A DNA stretch of 64,000 bases from the human T2T-CHM13v2.0 reference genome, Homo sapiens. The notes under the pieces are model-generated. The model searched no databases and had not been told where the DNA came from. It worked only from the letters and a program-made list of their open reading frames with translations. Each line of letters opens with the position of its first letter. Position 1 is the stretch's first letter. Made by a program: the position numbers and the translations under genes. The stretch is taken from the NCBI RefSeq assembly GCF_009914755.1, contig NC_060933.1; one strand, given 5' to 3'. Of this stretch, positions 41,438 to 57,310 are shown one piece after another.

Positions 41438-44400
41438 ATTTTCTCTGCATCTGGTAGAAATGTGGTCTTAGGACCTATGACTGACAAACGGGTACTATTG
41501 CATGAGAGTGGGCCATCCTGAGTTCACACGGTTCAGCCCCATGAACCCCTTTGGTTCTTACTAGCTGTATACATGTAGCCATGACACAATTTAAAAAAAA
41601 ATCTAATTTCATCATTTAATTAAGTTTCCTTTTGCCTCCTCCACTCCCCATGCAAGAAAGACGTTTCCTTTTTATATTAAGGTTTACAACAATAATAGTA
41701 ATAAACCCTCGCATCAGTAAGGCAGTTAACAGTTAGGATGAAGCTTTCCCTTTGGTGGCCTCATTTAAGCCTCTCGACAACCCCATGAAGCAGACAGGGT
41801 ACGGATCATTGCTTCCATTTCAGAGATGAGGCAGCTGGGGACCAGAGATGTAAAGCGACCTGATTGAGGTCACACAGCTGGCAGAGCTAAAACCAGAACC
41901 CACATTAGAGTGCTTGAGAATTTAGAACAGACCACTGAGGACAGAGGAGAAGACAAAAGCAACATGCCATGCTCATACTGTGCTGATGCCAAAATGAACA
42001 TTTGCCACAGGGCTATAAATAGGCCTTGCATTTGCTGGAGTCTGCGATCCCATTGGGTGGCAGTTCCAATCTCAAGAACACAGCAACACGCTGTAAAGTT
42101 TCCAGGGCAGCATTTGGATGGCAGAGACATGGTTGTTTCCATGTGGTCTCTGCTCTGACTCCAATAGAGATCGGAAGGCTCTCTTGGGGGCCTCTGCTCT
42201 GAGCGTCCCCTCCCTCTGTCACTTATCAGTCTTGATCCAGCGTGAAAACATTGAACAGTCTCCTTAGGACCTTCTGGACCTTCCAGAAGAACTCCTTCCC
42301 AACCAGACAAGACCATAAGTCCTTGAGGGCAGATTCCATCTGGGGACCCAACACATGGACACTATACCCAGCCCAAAGCCTCTGAGAAACTCCTCGGAAT
42401 GGGGCAGCAAGTGAAGACTCTAAGAGAAACCTCATCTCAAAATGCCAAAACTAACAAGAGTGAAGAGGAAAATGGGATGAGAAGGTGGGATGATGTCCCC
42501 GTACCATGTGGAAGGCAGACAAGCCAGGGGGCTTTGGGTTGAAAGGTAGACAGCCATGCCATCTGTTCAGAAGCAGAAACCATGGCTGGGAAAGCCACTT
42601 GGAAACTCACCCCAGTGCGTGGCAGAGTGAGATCACAGTCACACCTGGGCTTTGATTTGGCTTAAATCAGAACATAAGGCCCATCTATGTTTCTTGCAAA
42701 CTGGAGGTGGCCAGGGTCTGGTGTGGCATCTTCATAGATCATTTTTATTAATTTATTTTTTCTGAAGTTATTTGTTTTCCTCATTCGATCAACACCAATC
42801 ACCCACCATGTACCAGCTCCTTGCAAGGCCCTGGGGATACTGGAGAGGGGATACCGAGTTTCTTTTGTAAAAGAAAGCACGCTCTCAAATTTGGACCATT
42901 ATTTTCCTTTTTAAAGTGGGTTATTTCTGGACCCTACGTAGTAAGCAGCAAGGTTTTATGAGTTTTGGAGTAAAATTTTTATATCTATTCACTCTATATT
43001 TTCTATTTTTCTCATGGTCCTCCTTCGATTTCAATGTGGAAAGACCTCTTGCTACTCTCCACTGATAAATAGAATGCTTAACACAATTTTGTGGAATCTA
43101 CCCATAAAACTTGCCAGTAAATGGTGGCCCATTCCATCTTTGGACACCTGAGACCCTATATAAACAACCAAAAAAAGATGGCTGGTATCTGCTGAGGGTT
43201 CACTGTACATGAGGTACTATGCAGAGGGTTTTTGCTCAACAATCTTATCAGACAGGTGTTACAATCCCCATTTTACAGATGAGAAACTGGGGCTCAGAGA
43301 GTGTAAACAACATACCCAACTTCAATAATAAGTAGCAGAACAGGGACTCAAGCCCAAGCTGATTGGCTCCTGAGTGCCAGCCTCCATCCAAGATCCCCTG
43401 AAATGTCAGCCTCACAGCCTCTCCCTTCTCCCGGCTAAATCAGAAGATGATCGGACAGTTCTCGTTTTGCTCCTGAGCCTTCAGGTTCAAATAACCACAC
43501 GTGACCACGGCTTGCAGCCACTACCCTATCCTCGCTGCTTGTCTCTTTTCAATTCCTACATCTGTCCAAAACAGGCCACCAGGAGCTGGGCAGGTCTCCC
43601 TAGGTGGGGTCTCTCCAGCAAAGAGCAGAGGGACTACCCTGCCCTGGGTGTAGACATGCAATTTGAGGTCACCTCGGCTCTCTGGCACTGTGCTCATGCT
43701 GATGACCTTAGTTGCCAGACCCGGTAGTAAACTGGGGGTCATCTGGAACATCCAAAGTCCCTTCTCTTCTCAACACACAGTACTCCTCAGCTATCCCTCT
43801 ACCACTTGGACTTAGGCAGCTTCATTTGTTCTAATATAATATGTTAGGACCATTTACTCTGCTTGGATTTAATCAAACATTCCAACCTGTTAAAGTTCTT
43901 TGCACTCAAACTCTGTCATCCAATGTATTTCATGATTTCTAGAATTCCTATTTATAACCTCATCCACATTACTGACAAAAAGATCAGAGATCTGCGGCCC
44001 GTCACCAGACACTACGCCTAGAATGACCTCAGTCTAAAAGGTGAAGCTTATTGGGCAGACAGTGACTCACCTGCCTGGGCTTTCATTTTGTTGACTTTTC
44101 TCCTGACATGATGGGGAGGATTGGGAGCTGGGACATCAAAATGGAAACTGACTTAGTTCCTGTGTTCTGTCCCCTACATCTAACTTAAGCTAGAAGTCAT
44201 ATGGAGAAAACCTTTTTTTTTTAGAGACTAGATTGGGGATCAGGTTAATGGGGATGGAGCCTTGGCTCTGCCATGAATTGGCTGAGGGCCCTTGGACAAG
44301 TCCCTTTACTCTATGGAGCTCTATTTCCTCATCTGTAAAATGGGAAAATCATAGTTGCTTCACATGGTTATTGAAAAGATTAAATGAGATAAGGCATAAA

Positions 44401-44749
44401 AAGGTCACCTTTGTCATCTGTCACTAGACAGCTGTAAAGGATTCAGGAGGAGAAAATCAATAGTTGATAATTTGTCCCTAACCTAAGACTCTGAGCCCTA
44501 CCTACAGGGCAGGGAGGGGGTCTGAGTCACTTCAGCCTCACCCTGATTTCTGGTATCTCCCTGGCTAAGTTGAGCAGACTTAGAATTAGCCAACAAGGCT
44601 TAGACTATGGGTTAGACTGAGGTCCCTGGTTCCTCGATGATGGTATTGTTCTGAGCCCTGGGGTTTTAGCTCCCTGGAAAGAGGAAAGAACAGTGAACGC
44701 AACTCTTCTGCTTCCAGGAACCCAGGCTCCAGTCCTGTGATCCCACTCA

Positions 44750-44938
<189 letters not shown>

Positions 44939-46749
44939 TCAGCACCCCATAAAGGGTTCAAGGCTGTGGCAGACAACATTCCTTCACCTCTGGCTCTTAG
45001 CCCAGAGCTCTGCCTGGGAAGGTGGGCAGGGCAGAACCTCACCCCCAACCCCAGCCCAGCCTGGATTCTCTAGCCCTCTCCAGGGCTGGCTTTCCTGTGG
45101 CTCCTGCAGTCAGTCCACCCTGGTCTCATGGGCAAGCCCTAGGGCAAGTCTGTACAGGCTGGAGGCTAAAGCTGACTGCTCTCAGGGGCCTTGCAACCTC
45201 CCCTGTTCTCCTCCCACCAGGGCAGGCAAATCCTGCAGTCCATGGAAGCATCATCTAACTTTCTTCCACACTTTACATATAGGAAAACTGAGGCCAGATG
45301 AGGAGAAAGGAGCTTCTAAGGCCCCTGGGGAGTTTGTGGCAGAGACAAGACCCCAGCCAACCACACTCTGCTGCCCTGCACAGTGTTCTAGCCCTTTCTA
45401 CCTTCCTGATAGTTAATCCCTCAAGAAATTCCTGGAGCCTACAGAGCTTCCCAATTAAGAGGTTTCAGACTTGCTTTGAGCTTTGTTCGCATCTCAGCTC
45501 TACCAACAAACCATGGGTGGCCTCTGGTCGCTCCTTTTCCATCTCAGCCCCAGTTTCCTCATCTGCAAAATGAGGATAATGGTAGTACGTTCCTTACCGG
45601 ATTTCTGGGAAGACTAAGTGAAATAGTCCTTGTAAAGTGCTTAACACAGTGCCTAGCACATAGTGAGTGTCCACCTTTATTTCTAAGGAAAATCTATTTT
45701 TGAAAGCTCTATACATGGGATTACATTCATTATCTCAGTGTGGTTAATAGGAATGTGTACAGTGACCCCTGTGACTCATTCATTCATTCAACAGACAATT
45801 ACTGAGCATCAGCCAGAGGCTCTCATGGGTCAGGTAAATGGGGTCTTTGTTGCTTTCTGGGGCATTGGGATCCAGCTGGGTCCTGTCCCATGGAGAAGAA
45901 CAGGCTGAAAGAGAACGGGTGGGGCGGCCACCAGGAGACCAGCCAGGCCCTGGCCCAAACACCTGCTCCCCATCCCAGCCGCTTCCTGCCCTCCACAGTG
46001 AGGCCCAGCCTTGCAGGTGGTGCCACCTTCCTGCAGTTCATCCATCCCCTCCAGCAGGCCTCATGGCCCTTTGATGCATAAAGTAGAAAAATATGCTTTT
46101 AAAGATCAGTTTTTAGCATCTTTCAAAATTGGAAAGTGCTGACTGAGAGGCCATTTTACTCATCATGTACTTTAGCAAAATAAAGAAGGCCTGGATTCTA
46201 AAATCATCTTTCGTTTGCAAGCAAGAATGGAAAGAAGAGGGGAAAAAAAACACTGGCTCTGAAAGGACTTTAAAAGATCGTTAACAGAGCAGTGGAAGGA
46301 AGGCAAGCCTTTGTCATCACCACGTCTGCAATGCTATAAAAAGTTCTAAGCTGCTTCCGTTCTGTGGACTTGCTTCCAGGCATGCTCCAAGATCTTTCTG
46401 CTTGTTCGTTAAAAATTTTTAGCATTTTTTGCTGCTGACAGTACCCATGCATCCATCCATCCTTTCATCCAGCAAGTATCTATTGATCATCTACTTTGTG
46501 CCAAACCCTGTGTTGCTAAACATGGTATGGTAAAAACAGCTTATTAGATTTTGAAGTCAGAGACCTGGGTTCAAATCACAGCTCCACCTCTGATTAGCTG
46601 AAAACTTTGCTTCTTAATCTCCTGGAGCCTCAATTCCTTCATCTCTGAGAAAGGGATAATCCTATCTACCTTGCCCAGTGGTTGTCAATTCATCATAATG
46701 AAACTCACCCGGTGGCTTCCATGCTGCTCTCTGCTGGCTCCCCTTGTGC

Positions 46750-47875
46750 CTGCCTGGCCACTCCTGCTCATACTCCTCATCATCAGCTCCTGACCTTTCT
46801 GCCCATCCCTAAATGCTGGTGTTCTGTCCTTAGCTCTTTGCTCCCATCACTCTCCCTGGGCCACCTAGTTCATGACCCCAGCCACAACTGTTCTCTGTGT
46901 GCTGTGGACTCCAAATCTCTCCCCCCAGCCTCAGATTTTCTCCAGTTTCCCACCAGACTCTTCCAGTTGGATTCTCTCAGGCACCTCCAGCGCAACATGT
47001 CCCAAGCTGAATCCACCAGCTTTCCCAAGAGGCCCTTTCCTCCTCCTGTGTTTTCCATTTCTGACAATGTCAGGAACTTGGGAGTCATCTTAGACTCACT
47101 CCTCTTCTTCAACCCTCATCCAAGCCATAACTGGAATCTGTTGGTTCTGTCTGCTCACAACTAGCTCCTTAATCAGTCCCAACCCTCCAGCCCCACTGCC
47201 CTGAGTTTGGTTACCATCATTCCTTACTCAGTGAACAGCAACAGCCTCCCTGCACCCTTGCCATGAATCCTGCCCCATCCACCCATCGCCACAGAGCAGA
47301 GGAAGGGTTCATTCCTAGATTCAAGTCTGATTGTGTGAAATCTGTCCATGGCTTCCTGAGGTTTGCAGATCAAACACTGAGCTCCTTAGCACATTCAAGA
47401 TGTGCTAAAGATAGAGATGGTAAAGATCCTATGCAGTCTTTACCAACTGACTTGTGCTCAATTCTCTATCACATTTCTCATACCCTGCCTTGGCAGTGAG
47501 TCCTAAAACAGGACTGCATTCATTCATTCATTTATTCATATTCCCACTTCGCCCCCCACCCATTCTGCAAGTCTATCCCTCCAGAGTGCCCTTCCCTCTC
47601 CTCCCACTTACTTTGCCCGCACAGCTGCTACTCACCCTTCCTACCTTAGCCCAGGCTCCTCTGTTCTGAGAAACCATCTCTCTGCCCCATCAGGCTTGGT
47701 GGCCACTTCTTCCTCTGTGAGCCTGGATCACCCTGTGCTTGCCTCCAATGTGGCTCAAGTCCACTTACTTGTCTGTCTTCCCCACTGAAGTAAGCGTAAC
47801 TTGACTTATCTCTAAGTCCCCAGCTCCCAGAACAGGGCGCTACACATATGTCAACAAATATGTGTTGAATGCACG
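46750..47875 (+). mobile_element. L2 fragment(s)
   Basis: ctccctgggccacctagttcatgac...gactccaaatctct...caacatgtcccaagctgaa...ggagtcatcttagactc...caacaaatatgtgttgaatg. Confidence 0.75.
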
Positions 47876-49387
47876 ATGAAGTGAATTAATCCAGTGTGCA
47901 GCATCACGCACAATGCCTGGCCTACGCTGCTTATTTGGTCACTAGTAGCCATTATCATCACTGCACTAATATCTGACCAACCCCATGGTCTAGACCCTGG
48001 GCTCACCATGTCCACTTCTTGAGTAGATCGAGGGACCCACATCTTCATAGCTGACCTCCTGACCACCTGCTGACAGTTAAATAACCAGCTCTGCCACTTG
48101 TGAACCATTTGGTGTCTTTGTTGCTATGACAACCGAGTTGCAAGGACCACTTTGTTCAGTGCTCCCAGGCTGTTAGATTTGGATGGGGCCCGTGGGATCC
48201 CCCATCTAGCTAATCTCTTCCCAGAGAGGTACAAGCTCTCCCAGGGCTCCACAGAACCAAAATGAAAGCCAGAGCTCTCACTTTGGTTCTCCTTGACCAT
48301 TAGAGGGCCCTGGAGACAGATCCTATGCAGAGCCAGGTCATGCCTGCTGCAGGAAGCTGTGAACACATACTCTGCTTCTAGACGGTGAGAAAGAGGGGGA
48401 AAGACGCTGCCAAGTCTGGAAGGAAGGAGGAGCAGCCCGGAATCCAGGGTTGGGGAGAGGCCAAACGGGGGATGAGGCTGGATGGGGATCTTGGGGGGCA
48501 CCATAGAGCAGTATAAACAGTTTGAGGTGCTTCTCAAACTAGGGTATGTGCATTCTAGAGCACGAGGAGGTGTCCCGAGTGTAGGAAGTGCAGATATACT
48601 GCGTTCTCCTTTCTAAAGTAGCAACTTACTGGAAGATTCAGGGGTTAGGGGAAAGGTTTTGGATTTGGGGAATCTTAATAGTTTTTCCACACATGTGCAT
48701 GCTCTCATGAAAGTTCCAGAATCATGCTTTTCAATGTTGCATAGCTTGTATCTTTTCCTGAAAGTCCAGAGAGTAGAAAGAAGAAATTTGGGAATAGCAG
48801 TAGCCCCTGCTTTCAGACAAGCCCCCTGCCTCCCTGCCAGGGTATGGGCCCATTCTCTTATGCTGAAAGGGCTTGGGGCAGTTTAGGCAGTAGTAGGGGG
48901 TAGGGAGGGGCAGCCATAACCATCCCTGAGGATGACAGTGACAGATCAGAGCTGTGATATCACAAAGGACTGGAAACGTGGCAGAGGGCAGGGTCTGGAA
49001 AATCCTGTGCCCTTCCAGGGACTTGGCTCTGCAGGGAGCTTCCTGGAGTGAAAGCAGATGACCTGAGTTGGGGCAAATGAGATGGCCAGGTCTAGGGTTG
49101 GAGACCATACATGGAGACCTATGTTCACACCCTCAAGAGGCTACTATCACAAGAAAGGGGCAAAAGTGGAAGGAAACAGCGGTGGGAATGGGGTAGGAAA
49201 ATGGGGAGGGGTATTCAGCCCAAACCCCCAACAGTGACAGGATGAGTGAGGGAGAGGCCCACTAAACTCCCTCTGGAGAGGAGTCTAATGTTGCCAAACC
49301 CTGGGTAGCTTTCCTTTTCTTTTTCTTGACCCTGTCTCATCCCTCATCTAGAACCACTTTGTCTCTGGGATGCTTAAAGAGAGCTAA

Positions 49388-49450
49388 ACACACATACACA
49401 CACGCAGGCACACACACACACAGGCACGCACACACACTCACGCACGCACA
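49388..49450. repeat. Imperfect (CA)n microsatellite
   Basis: Read directly from the sequence. Confidence 0.85.
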
Positions 49451-49669
49451 TGACACTTAGCAAGGATAACCCAATTCAAAGAACTAGCATGTACCCCCAG
49501 TTTGCAAGCAATCCTAACATCATAAAAATAACAACTCTCAAGCCCTTTCTGAGCTGTTGTGCTAAACAGTCCGTCAGCCCCACCCTGGGAGGTGGGCGCT
49601 GTTATTATGCTCACTTTGGAAAGATTCATGAGCAAAGCAAGGTCCAAAGAATTAAGCAAACTTCCCAGG

Positions 49670-50058
49670 TGCAGTCCCCTCCTTGGGGCTGGTACACCCG
49701 CCCGGCTGCAGTGAGGGTGGGCTGCTGACAGCTCACTCCCTTCTCTGGAGAACTGCCCTCAGCTAAGGGGAGCTTCCTGGCCATGGGAGCCACTCCATGC
49801 CCCACACCCCACAGAGAGCAACCAACAACTGACTCACATTGGTGGAAAACTCCGGCCCCCCTGCTGAAAGTTAGGATCAGCTCTGTGGTGCTGTCTGTGC
49901 TCCGGAGACCCCTGTGGGGCCAGGCTAAACTGGTATCCATCCAAGACAGAGCTCCTCCTGCCTCATCCTGCTTCCCTCCCCTTCTCCTGAGTACTTCCAC
50001 AATAAATTACTTTCCCAAGCATCTCAGGCTCTGTTTGTAGGGACTTCAACCTAAGATG
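49670..50058 (+). mobile_element. ERVL LTR16-like solo LTR
   Basis: The 3' end reads caataaattactttcccaagcatctcaggctctgtttgtagggacttcaacctaagatg. Confidence 0.6.
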
Positions 50059-51367
50059 CCAGGTCACACAAATAGGAGGTGGTGGCACTGGCCTTGCCCC
50101 GGGTGGGTGTGGTCCCAGAGCCTGAGTGCTTGACTCCTCGCTCCTATCTACCGCCTCCCAGTTGAGGATGCAAACCCCACTGGGTCTGAGCTGCTGGAGC
50201 TCAGCACTCAATCTGCAGCAACAGCTAACTGAGAAAAGTCATGCAGATGTTGAAGTGAAAGGATATAAATGGCAAATGCAATCCTGAGCCACTGAAATTG
50301 CTGGTGTGCATTTAAGAGTGCAGGACAGCAGAGGTGAGGAAGATGAGGGACCACGCCCTCCAGCCAGCCTTCCTTGCCTGTGGAGCATGGACTCTTGCAA
50401 GGAAGGTCAAGCTCGACCCTGAGCCTGACCCTGACCTCTGGGTTGTCTGGAATCTCCTGCCACCCATGCATCTGTCTAGGTCCACTCAATGGCATCCTGG
50501 TTTCTCAGAGCCTAGCCTCGCAGACTACCTACTGTGCTGGGCTGCTGAAAATTCAAATGTCACAATGCTATATAAAGAGAGGAGATGCTATAAACCCCTA
50601 AGGCAGCTGAGCTGTTAGAGGCTGGCCATGACCTGGGCCAGCGGGCACTGCCTAAGGCTTCGGAAGCCCAGGCCAGTCCTGTGCCCCAACTGTCTGGCTG
50701 TAGACTTGGAGTGGGCCCTAGAAGTTCAGCCTAGAATGTTCTCCAAAGTCCCTCCTGGCTCTGACAAACTGATCCCATACCCACAATGAGTAGTCCCTTT
50801 TATTTAGCTAAAATTTGTCTTACTTAGACCCCACCCCCCACTGGAAATGTCCATAAAGGCAGAGAAGCATATGCTTCACTCTGTCCGTAAAGGCAGTGAA
50901 GGCATACGCTTCACTCTCAAGGAAGGGAGCGAAGAGGGAATAGCCCACAGCAGCCCAGTGGAAAGCATGGCATTTCTTTAAAGTTTATTCTTGTATCTTG
51001 AAAATTCATGTATATTTAACACTCTAATAATATATCTATGTCGTAAGTTAAAAATAATACCTTTTCGTCTCCATGTCTCTGAGCAAACCTGGCCTGTGAG
51101 AAAGATGCACCATGTGTATTCTGCAGCTTTGCGTCCCCTTGGGGTGCCTGTATGAACTTCAGTTTCAGGCAGTCAGGATGGACTCCTGGCCTGTGGGAGT
51201 GGCAGTTCTCATCAGGTCTCTCCTATCTGGTTGGGAAAAAAGGGGGTCAATTCCCTAAGGACTTTTTTTTGGCCAGAGTCAAGAGGGAGAGCACAGTTCC
51301 CACTAGGACTTTACCATGGAGCAAGGGAAGGGCAGTCCTCTCAAAGCCTACCTTTGTAGTTGTCTTA

Positions 51368-52159
<792 letters not shown>

Positions 52160-52878
52160 CTTCCCTCTCTGGAAAGGCCTTACCTTGGGCTTATCCTGTC
52201 TCCCTCCTCTCTCTGCTGGGGTTCTAGGACACTCAGTTGTTGCTGACTAGTCGAGTAGCTTTTCTGGTCAAAGCTGTCCCCTTAATGTGAGGCATAAGGA
52301 TCCCCACTAATATTGTTGGAGAATTGGGCTATTTTTGTGAGTCACTCAAAAAAGAAAGCCAAACATGGCTCTAAATGGCACAGACATATTTTCTTTTCCT
52401 TTTTTAAGAGTAGAAAGCCTGGCTCAATTTAGAGGGTCTTCATGATGTTGCACTGGGGCCCAAATATTGCATCAATATAAAAAATAAAGATGAGAGCTTT
52501 CTGCTTATCTCTGTCTTTCTGTCATTCCCTAGCACTTTTTTTTTTAACCGCTCCTCCACTTAAGGCAAGTAAGTTGCAAAGCCCTTTCATTCCTGTTTTG
52601 TTACTAAGAAGAAATGGGGGGAGACAGGTCATTTAAAAATGTTGGGTATGAGTAACCTTGGAATGTTGAGAGGCTATGCTGACTGAGGAGTGTGGGTGGA
52701 CACGAAGCTGGGAGGCATGCCGTGGAGGTTAAGAGCCAGTCTGTAGCTAGACTGCTGAGCTAGAATCTCAGCTCAGTCACTTAATCAGCTTCATGGCCTC
52801 AGGCAAGTTATTAAACTTTCGTGAGCTTCAGTTTCTCTACCTATAAAATGGGGATAATAATAGTACCTATCTTCAGAG

Positions 52879-53093
52879 CAGGTGGTGGCAAACAATTTCT
52901 ATAAAGGTCCAGATAGTAAATATTTTTGGTCTCATAGGCCATATAGTCTCTGTTGCAATTACTCAGTTCTGCCGCTGTAGCACAAAAGCAGCCAAGGACG
53001 TTGTGGTAAATGAATGTGTTCCTATAAAACTTTATTTACAAACACAGAGAGTAGGCCGGATTTGGCCCATGAGCTGTAGTTTGCTGACTGCTA
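52879..53093. mobile_element. MER58A hAT-Charlie element inside MIR
   Basis: caggtggtggcaaac...ccagatagtaaatatttt...aaaactttatttacaaac...gtagtttgctgac. Confidence 0.8.
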
Positions 53094-53712
53094 TTGTAGA
53101 GTTATTGTGGGGATGAAGTGAATTCATGAATCTGTGGGCACAAAGGGAGTGCTTAAAAGTGTCCTCCTTTGATGTTGAAGCAGAAGCGTTGGATGAGGTC
53201 AGAAGAAGAGGCTGTGATAAGATGGAGAGAGAGAAGAGGAGCCCTCTGGAAAGAGGTGGCTGCTGGCACAGCGCTGACGCAGGCAAGCAAGGCTCCTGAC
53301 TCCTCTGGTAAATTCACCTGCAATAGGGAAGCTCTGTGGGCCCAGAGACCCTAAATGAATTGCTCACAATCTTTCAGCTTTGCTTACTGTCTCAAAGTTT
53401 GGATTTTAGAAAGTCCTTTGTTATCATTTTAAGATATTCATTAAAAGATAGAGAGTTCCATGGCTTCTTTCCCTGAAATTCTCTAATTTTATTATTTAGT
53501 GTTTTATTATTTAGTCTTTTCTCTATTCCAGCATCTCTCAAGTTTCGAACGTAATATCAACTACTGATTTTTCAGCCCCCGAGAGAGCCCAACAGTCTGC
53601 CTACGGCGACCATCACACAATTGGGATGGCCCAGTGCCCTCTCTACAGAGGAAGACACCAAGGCAGGGACGGAGTCCAACCCCGGGTCTACTTGATTCAA
53701 AAGCCCCTGTTA

Positions 53713-54083
<371 letters not shown>

Positions 54084-56248
54084 TTAATGCCACTGAATTG
54101 AACACTTAAAAATGGTTAAAATGGTAAATTTTATGTCACATATATTTTACTACAATAAAAAAAAAGGGTCACAACTAGAACAGCATTCCCTATACTTTCT
54201 GAGTTCTGACAAAAAAAAGGAATAAAGACTGCTGATGATTTCTGTAAAAGTAGGGCATAGGGTTCCTGATGGTGGGGGCAGGGGGCTGTGGATAGAAGGG
54301 ACTTTTGGGGTATCTGATAAAGTTCTCTGACCTGTGTGCTGTTTGCCTTAGGATTCATTTAGACATTCATTTGATTTCTGTGGCTTTCAAATTGTTGTTT
54401 GATTTTACAATAAAAGATTTTCTTTAAAAGTTCCTGCTCTTTCCACAAAAATATTTGGTCTCCAGAGCACCCGGATTGAACTGAGGCAACTGCCCCTCCC
54501 ATGTCAATTCCAGACATAAGGGTCTGTGGATGCCCCATGGTTGAAATAATGTACCACATATTCCTCCAACAAATGGAAATATGAATATAGGGCAGAAGGC
54601 CACTTTGGGGAAGGTGCATGAAGCAACTGAAATGTCCAGAAAGGGAAATGTGACACCTGGAACTCTCCCTATGAGTGCCCAGGACGTGGTCTCTGTGCAG
54701 AGCAGCTTCCCAGCCCCGCCTGGAAACAGCTAAACTTTAGCCACCCCCTGTTCAGAACAGGCTTGGAATGAGCTTAAAGGGCCTCGCGACTTCATCACAC
54801 AGAAATGGTATTTCCTGACTTTCTTGATACAAATTTCGATACACATCTGCTAAATCAGCCTTATTAATTTCATTATTCCGTTCCTCTGTGCTCTTGCCTT
54901 TTTTTTTTTGCCTGGGTGAACTGTCCAAGAGTGAGAGAGAGATGTTATGCCTCCCAATGCTATTGTGTTTCTGTCAATTTCCGTCTCTATTTTTAACAGG
55001 CTTTTCTTTCTTTATTTCAGTGAGATGTAATTTAAAGCAATAATAGTCCGTGAGCATGTTATTCTCAAGGTGGATTGAAGCCTTATCTATAGAAAAGGAC
55101 TCTCCTTAATCCTGTTTGACACCTGTATCTTGAACACGCTTTGGTCTGATATGAATACTGGGATTCTTGCTGTAGTTTGACTTGCTTGGTAGACCTTTGC
55201 TCAACCTTTTACCTTCAACCTTTCAGTGTCACTTTGTTTATCTGATGTAAATAGCTAGAGTTCGTTTTTTGAAACACAATCTGAAAGTCTCTTCCTTTTG
55301 ATAATGAGTTTGGCCTATTTGAACTTCTGGTCAGAATCATTATATGTGGTCTGCACTGATCTGTTTTGTGCTTTCTGGTTTTCATGTTTGTTTTCTGTTT
55401 CGAAACATGGATGAGATTTCCTTTGTTTTATTTTTGTGTTTCTGCAGCTTCAGGTTCTGTTTGCATTATGGTATATTTACCACTGAGTCATTCAAAGCAT
55501 TCTTTAGCTTATATCTACCTAATTATGAAACTCATGAGCAAAATGGTCTCTTTTGAGTCCCTCTCCTAGTTAACACCAGGAGTTAAGCACCCTTCTTTTA
55601 AAAAATTCATCTCTTCTTAGGCCTGTGAAGGTAATTTGGATTTTTATATCTCAATTATGCCTATTGCCGTATCTATTTTTGCATTATGTATAAAATTATA
55701 TGTAATTTTTGCATCTGCATACACTTTTATAACAATTATTTAGACTTTGCTTTCCTTCCATGGGTTCCAATGATCCCTGCTCAGCCGTTTCTGTCATGAC
55801 CTCAGCTGTAAAGTATGCCATCGCTTTTGGCTGGTTGACATCAGACTTCAGGATTAGCTTCAAGAAGGGGACCTGGCTGGAACATCGTGTGAGCCCCATA
55901 CAGTGCAGAATACCTCCCAGTTGCTCCACTGTCTCTGGGATTTAATGCTTCAGAGGAGTCAGAGAGTGGCCTGGTTTTTGCATCTCTATGGGAAGTTTGT
56001 TTTTTTCCTGGCCTAGATATTTGTAAGATTTTCTCCACTAAGTATGTCAAAATTTTGGCAAAACCTGTCTAAGTATGACTCTCTTTTCACCAGTTCTGCT
56101 AGAATGCAGAAGCTGGCTAGTTTGCTCATATAGTCTGTACATTTCCATATAAAATTGTTGTAGTTCAAAAACTGTAGAATAATGGAAATTTTGTATGGCC
56201 CAATCTACAGTACTAGGTCTGTCTTGAGCCCGCTTAAGTTTGTTTCCT

Positions 56249-56251
<3 letters not shown>

Positions 56252-56294
<43 letters not shown>
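56252..56294. repeat. Pure A43 homopolymer
   Basis: Read directly from the sequence. Confidence 0.9.
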
Positions 56295-56296
<2 letters not shown>

Positions 56297-56299
56297 CTT

Positions 56300-57310
56300 A
56301 TTTGAAAACAGAAAAATTGTGGAGACTATATACAGAGTTCCCATACAACCCCTCATCCAGTTTTCCCTATTATTAATGTTTTATATTAGTATTTTGTGCA
56401 TTTGTCACAATGAATAAATATTGATGTTATTATTAGCTAACACCCATTCTTTAATCAGATTTCCTTAGTCTTTTTCTCAAACATCCTTTTTCTATTCCTG
56501 GATCCCATCTAGAATATACCACATTATATTCAATTGTCATGCCTCCTTCAGCTCCTTTTGGCTAAGGCTTTCTCTATTTTTGATGAACTAGACAGTTTGG
56601 GGGAGTATTGGTCAGGTATTTTGTAGGATGGCCTTCAACTGTAATTTGTCTGATGTTTTTCTCATGGTTAGACTGGGGTTATGGGATTTGGGGAAGAAGA
56701 CCACAGAGGTAAAGTTATTCCCATCATATCATGTCAAGGGAGCTTTCAATGTGACTTATCACTGCTGATGTTGACCTTGATTGCCTCGCTAAGGGAACGT
56801 TTGTCAGGTTTCTCGACCGTCAAGTTATTCTTTTTTATCCCCCCTTCTCCTACTGTACCCTTTGGAAGGAAGTAACTTAAGAAGTGTGTAGTTATGACCT
56901 ACCTCTTTGGAGTGTGAAGTATCTATGTAAGTTATTTTGAATTCTTCTGTGTAGGAGGTTTGCCTATATTCTCCCATTTATTAGTCAATCATTTACATAA
57001 TAGTAAACTTGTGGAGATTTATTTTATACTTTGGGTTATATTCTAATACTACTTTAATTTTTTGTGTTCAAATTGTTCCAGCTTTGGCCATTGGGAGCTC
57101 TTTCAATTGGCAACTGTACTCCCTTGATACAGCCCCACCAGTATGTGTGTTATTCCTTACCTTCTGGTATTACAAAATACTCCAGAATCATCTTGTCTAT
57201 TTCCTGCCCCATAGAACCAGCCATTTGTCTAAGGAGCCCTGGTTCCTTTTACTGGAGAATGGTGTTAGGAACCAAAATCTGGGTGTTAGGTGTGCTCATT
57301 GCTACTGTTT
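56300..57310 (-). mobile_element. L1MC-type 3' region
   Basis: tacagagttcccata...ggtcaggtattttgtaggatg...aaattgttccagctttggccattgggagctctttca...aggagccctggttccttttactggagaatgg. Confidence 0.75.
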
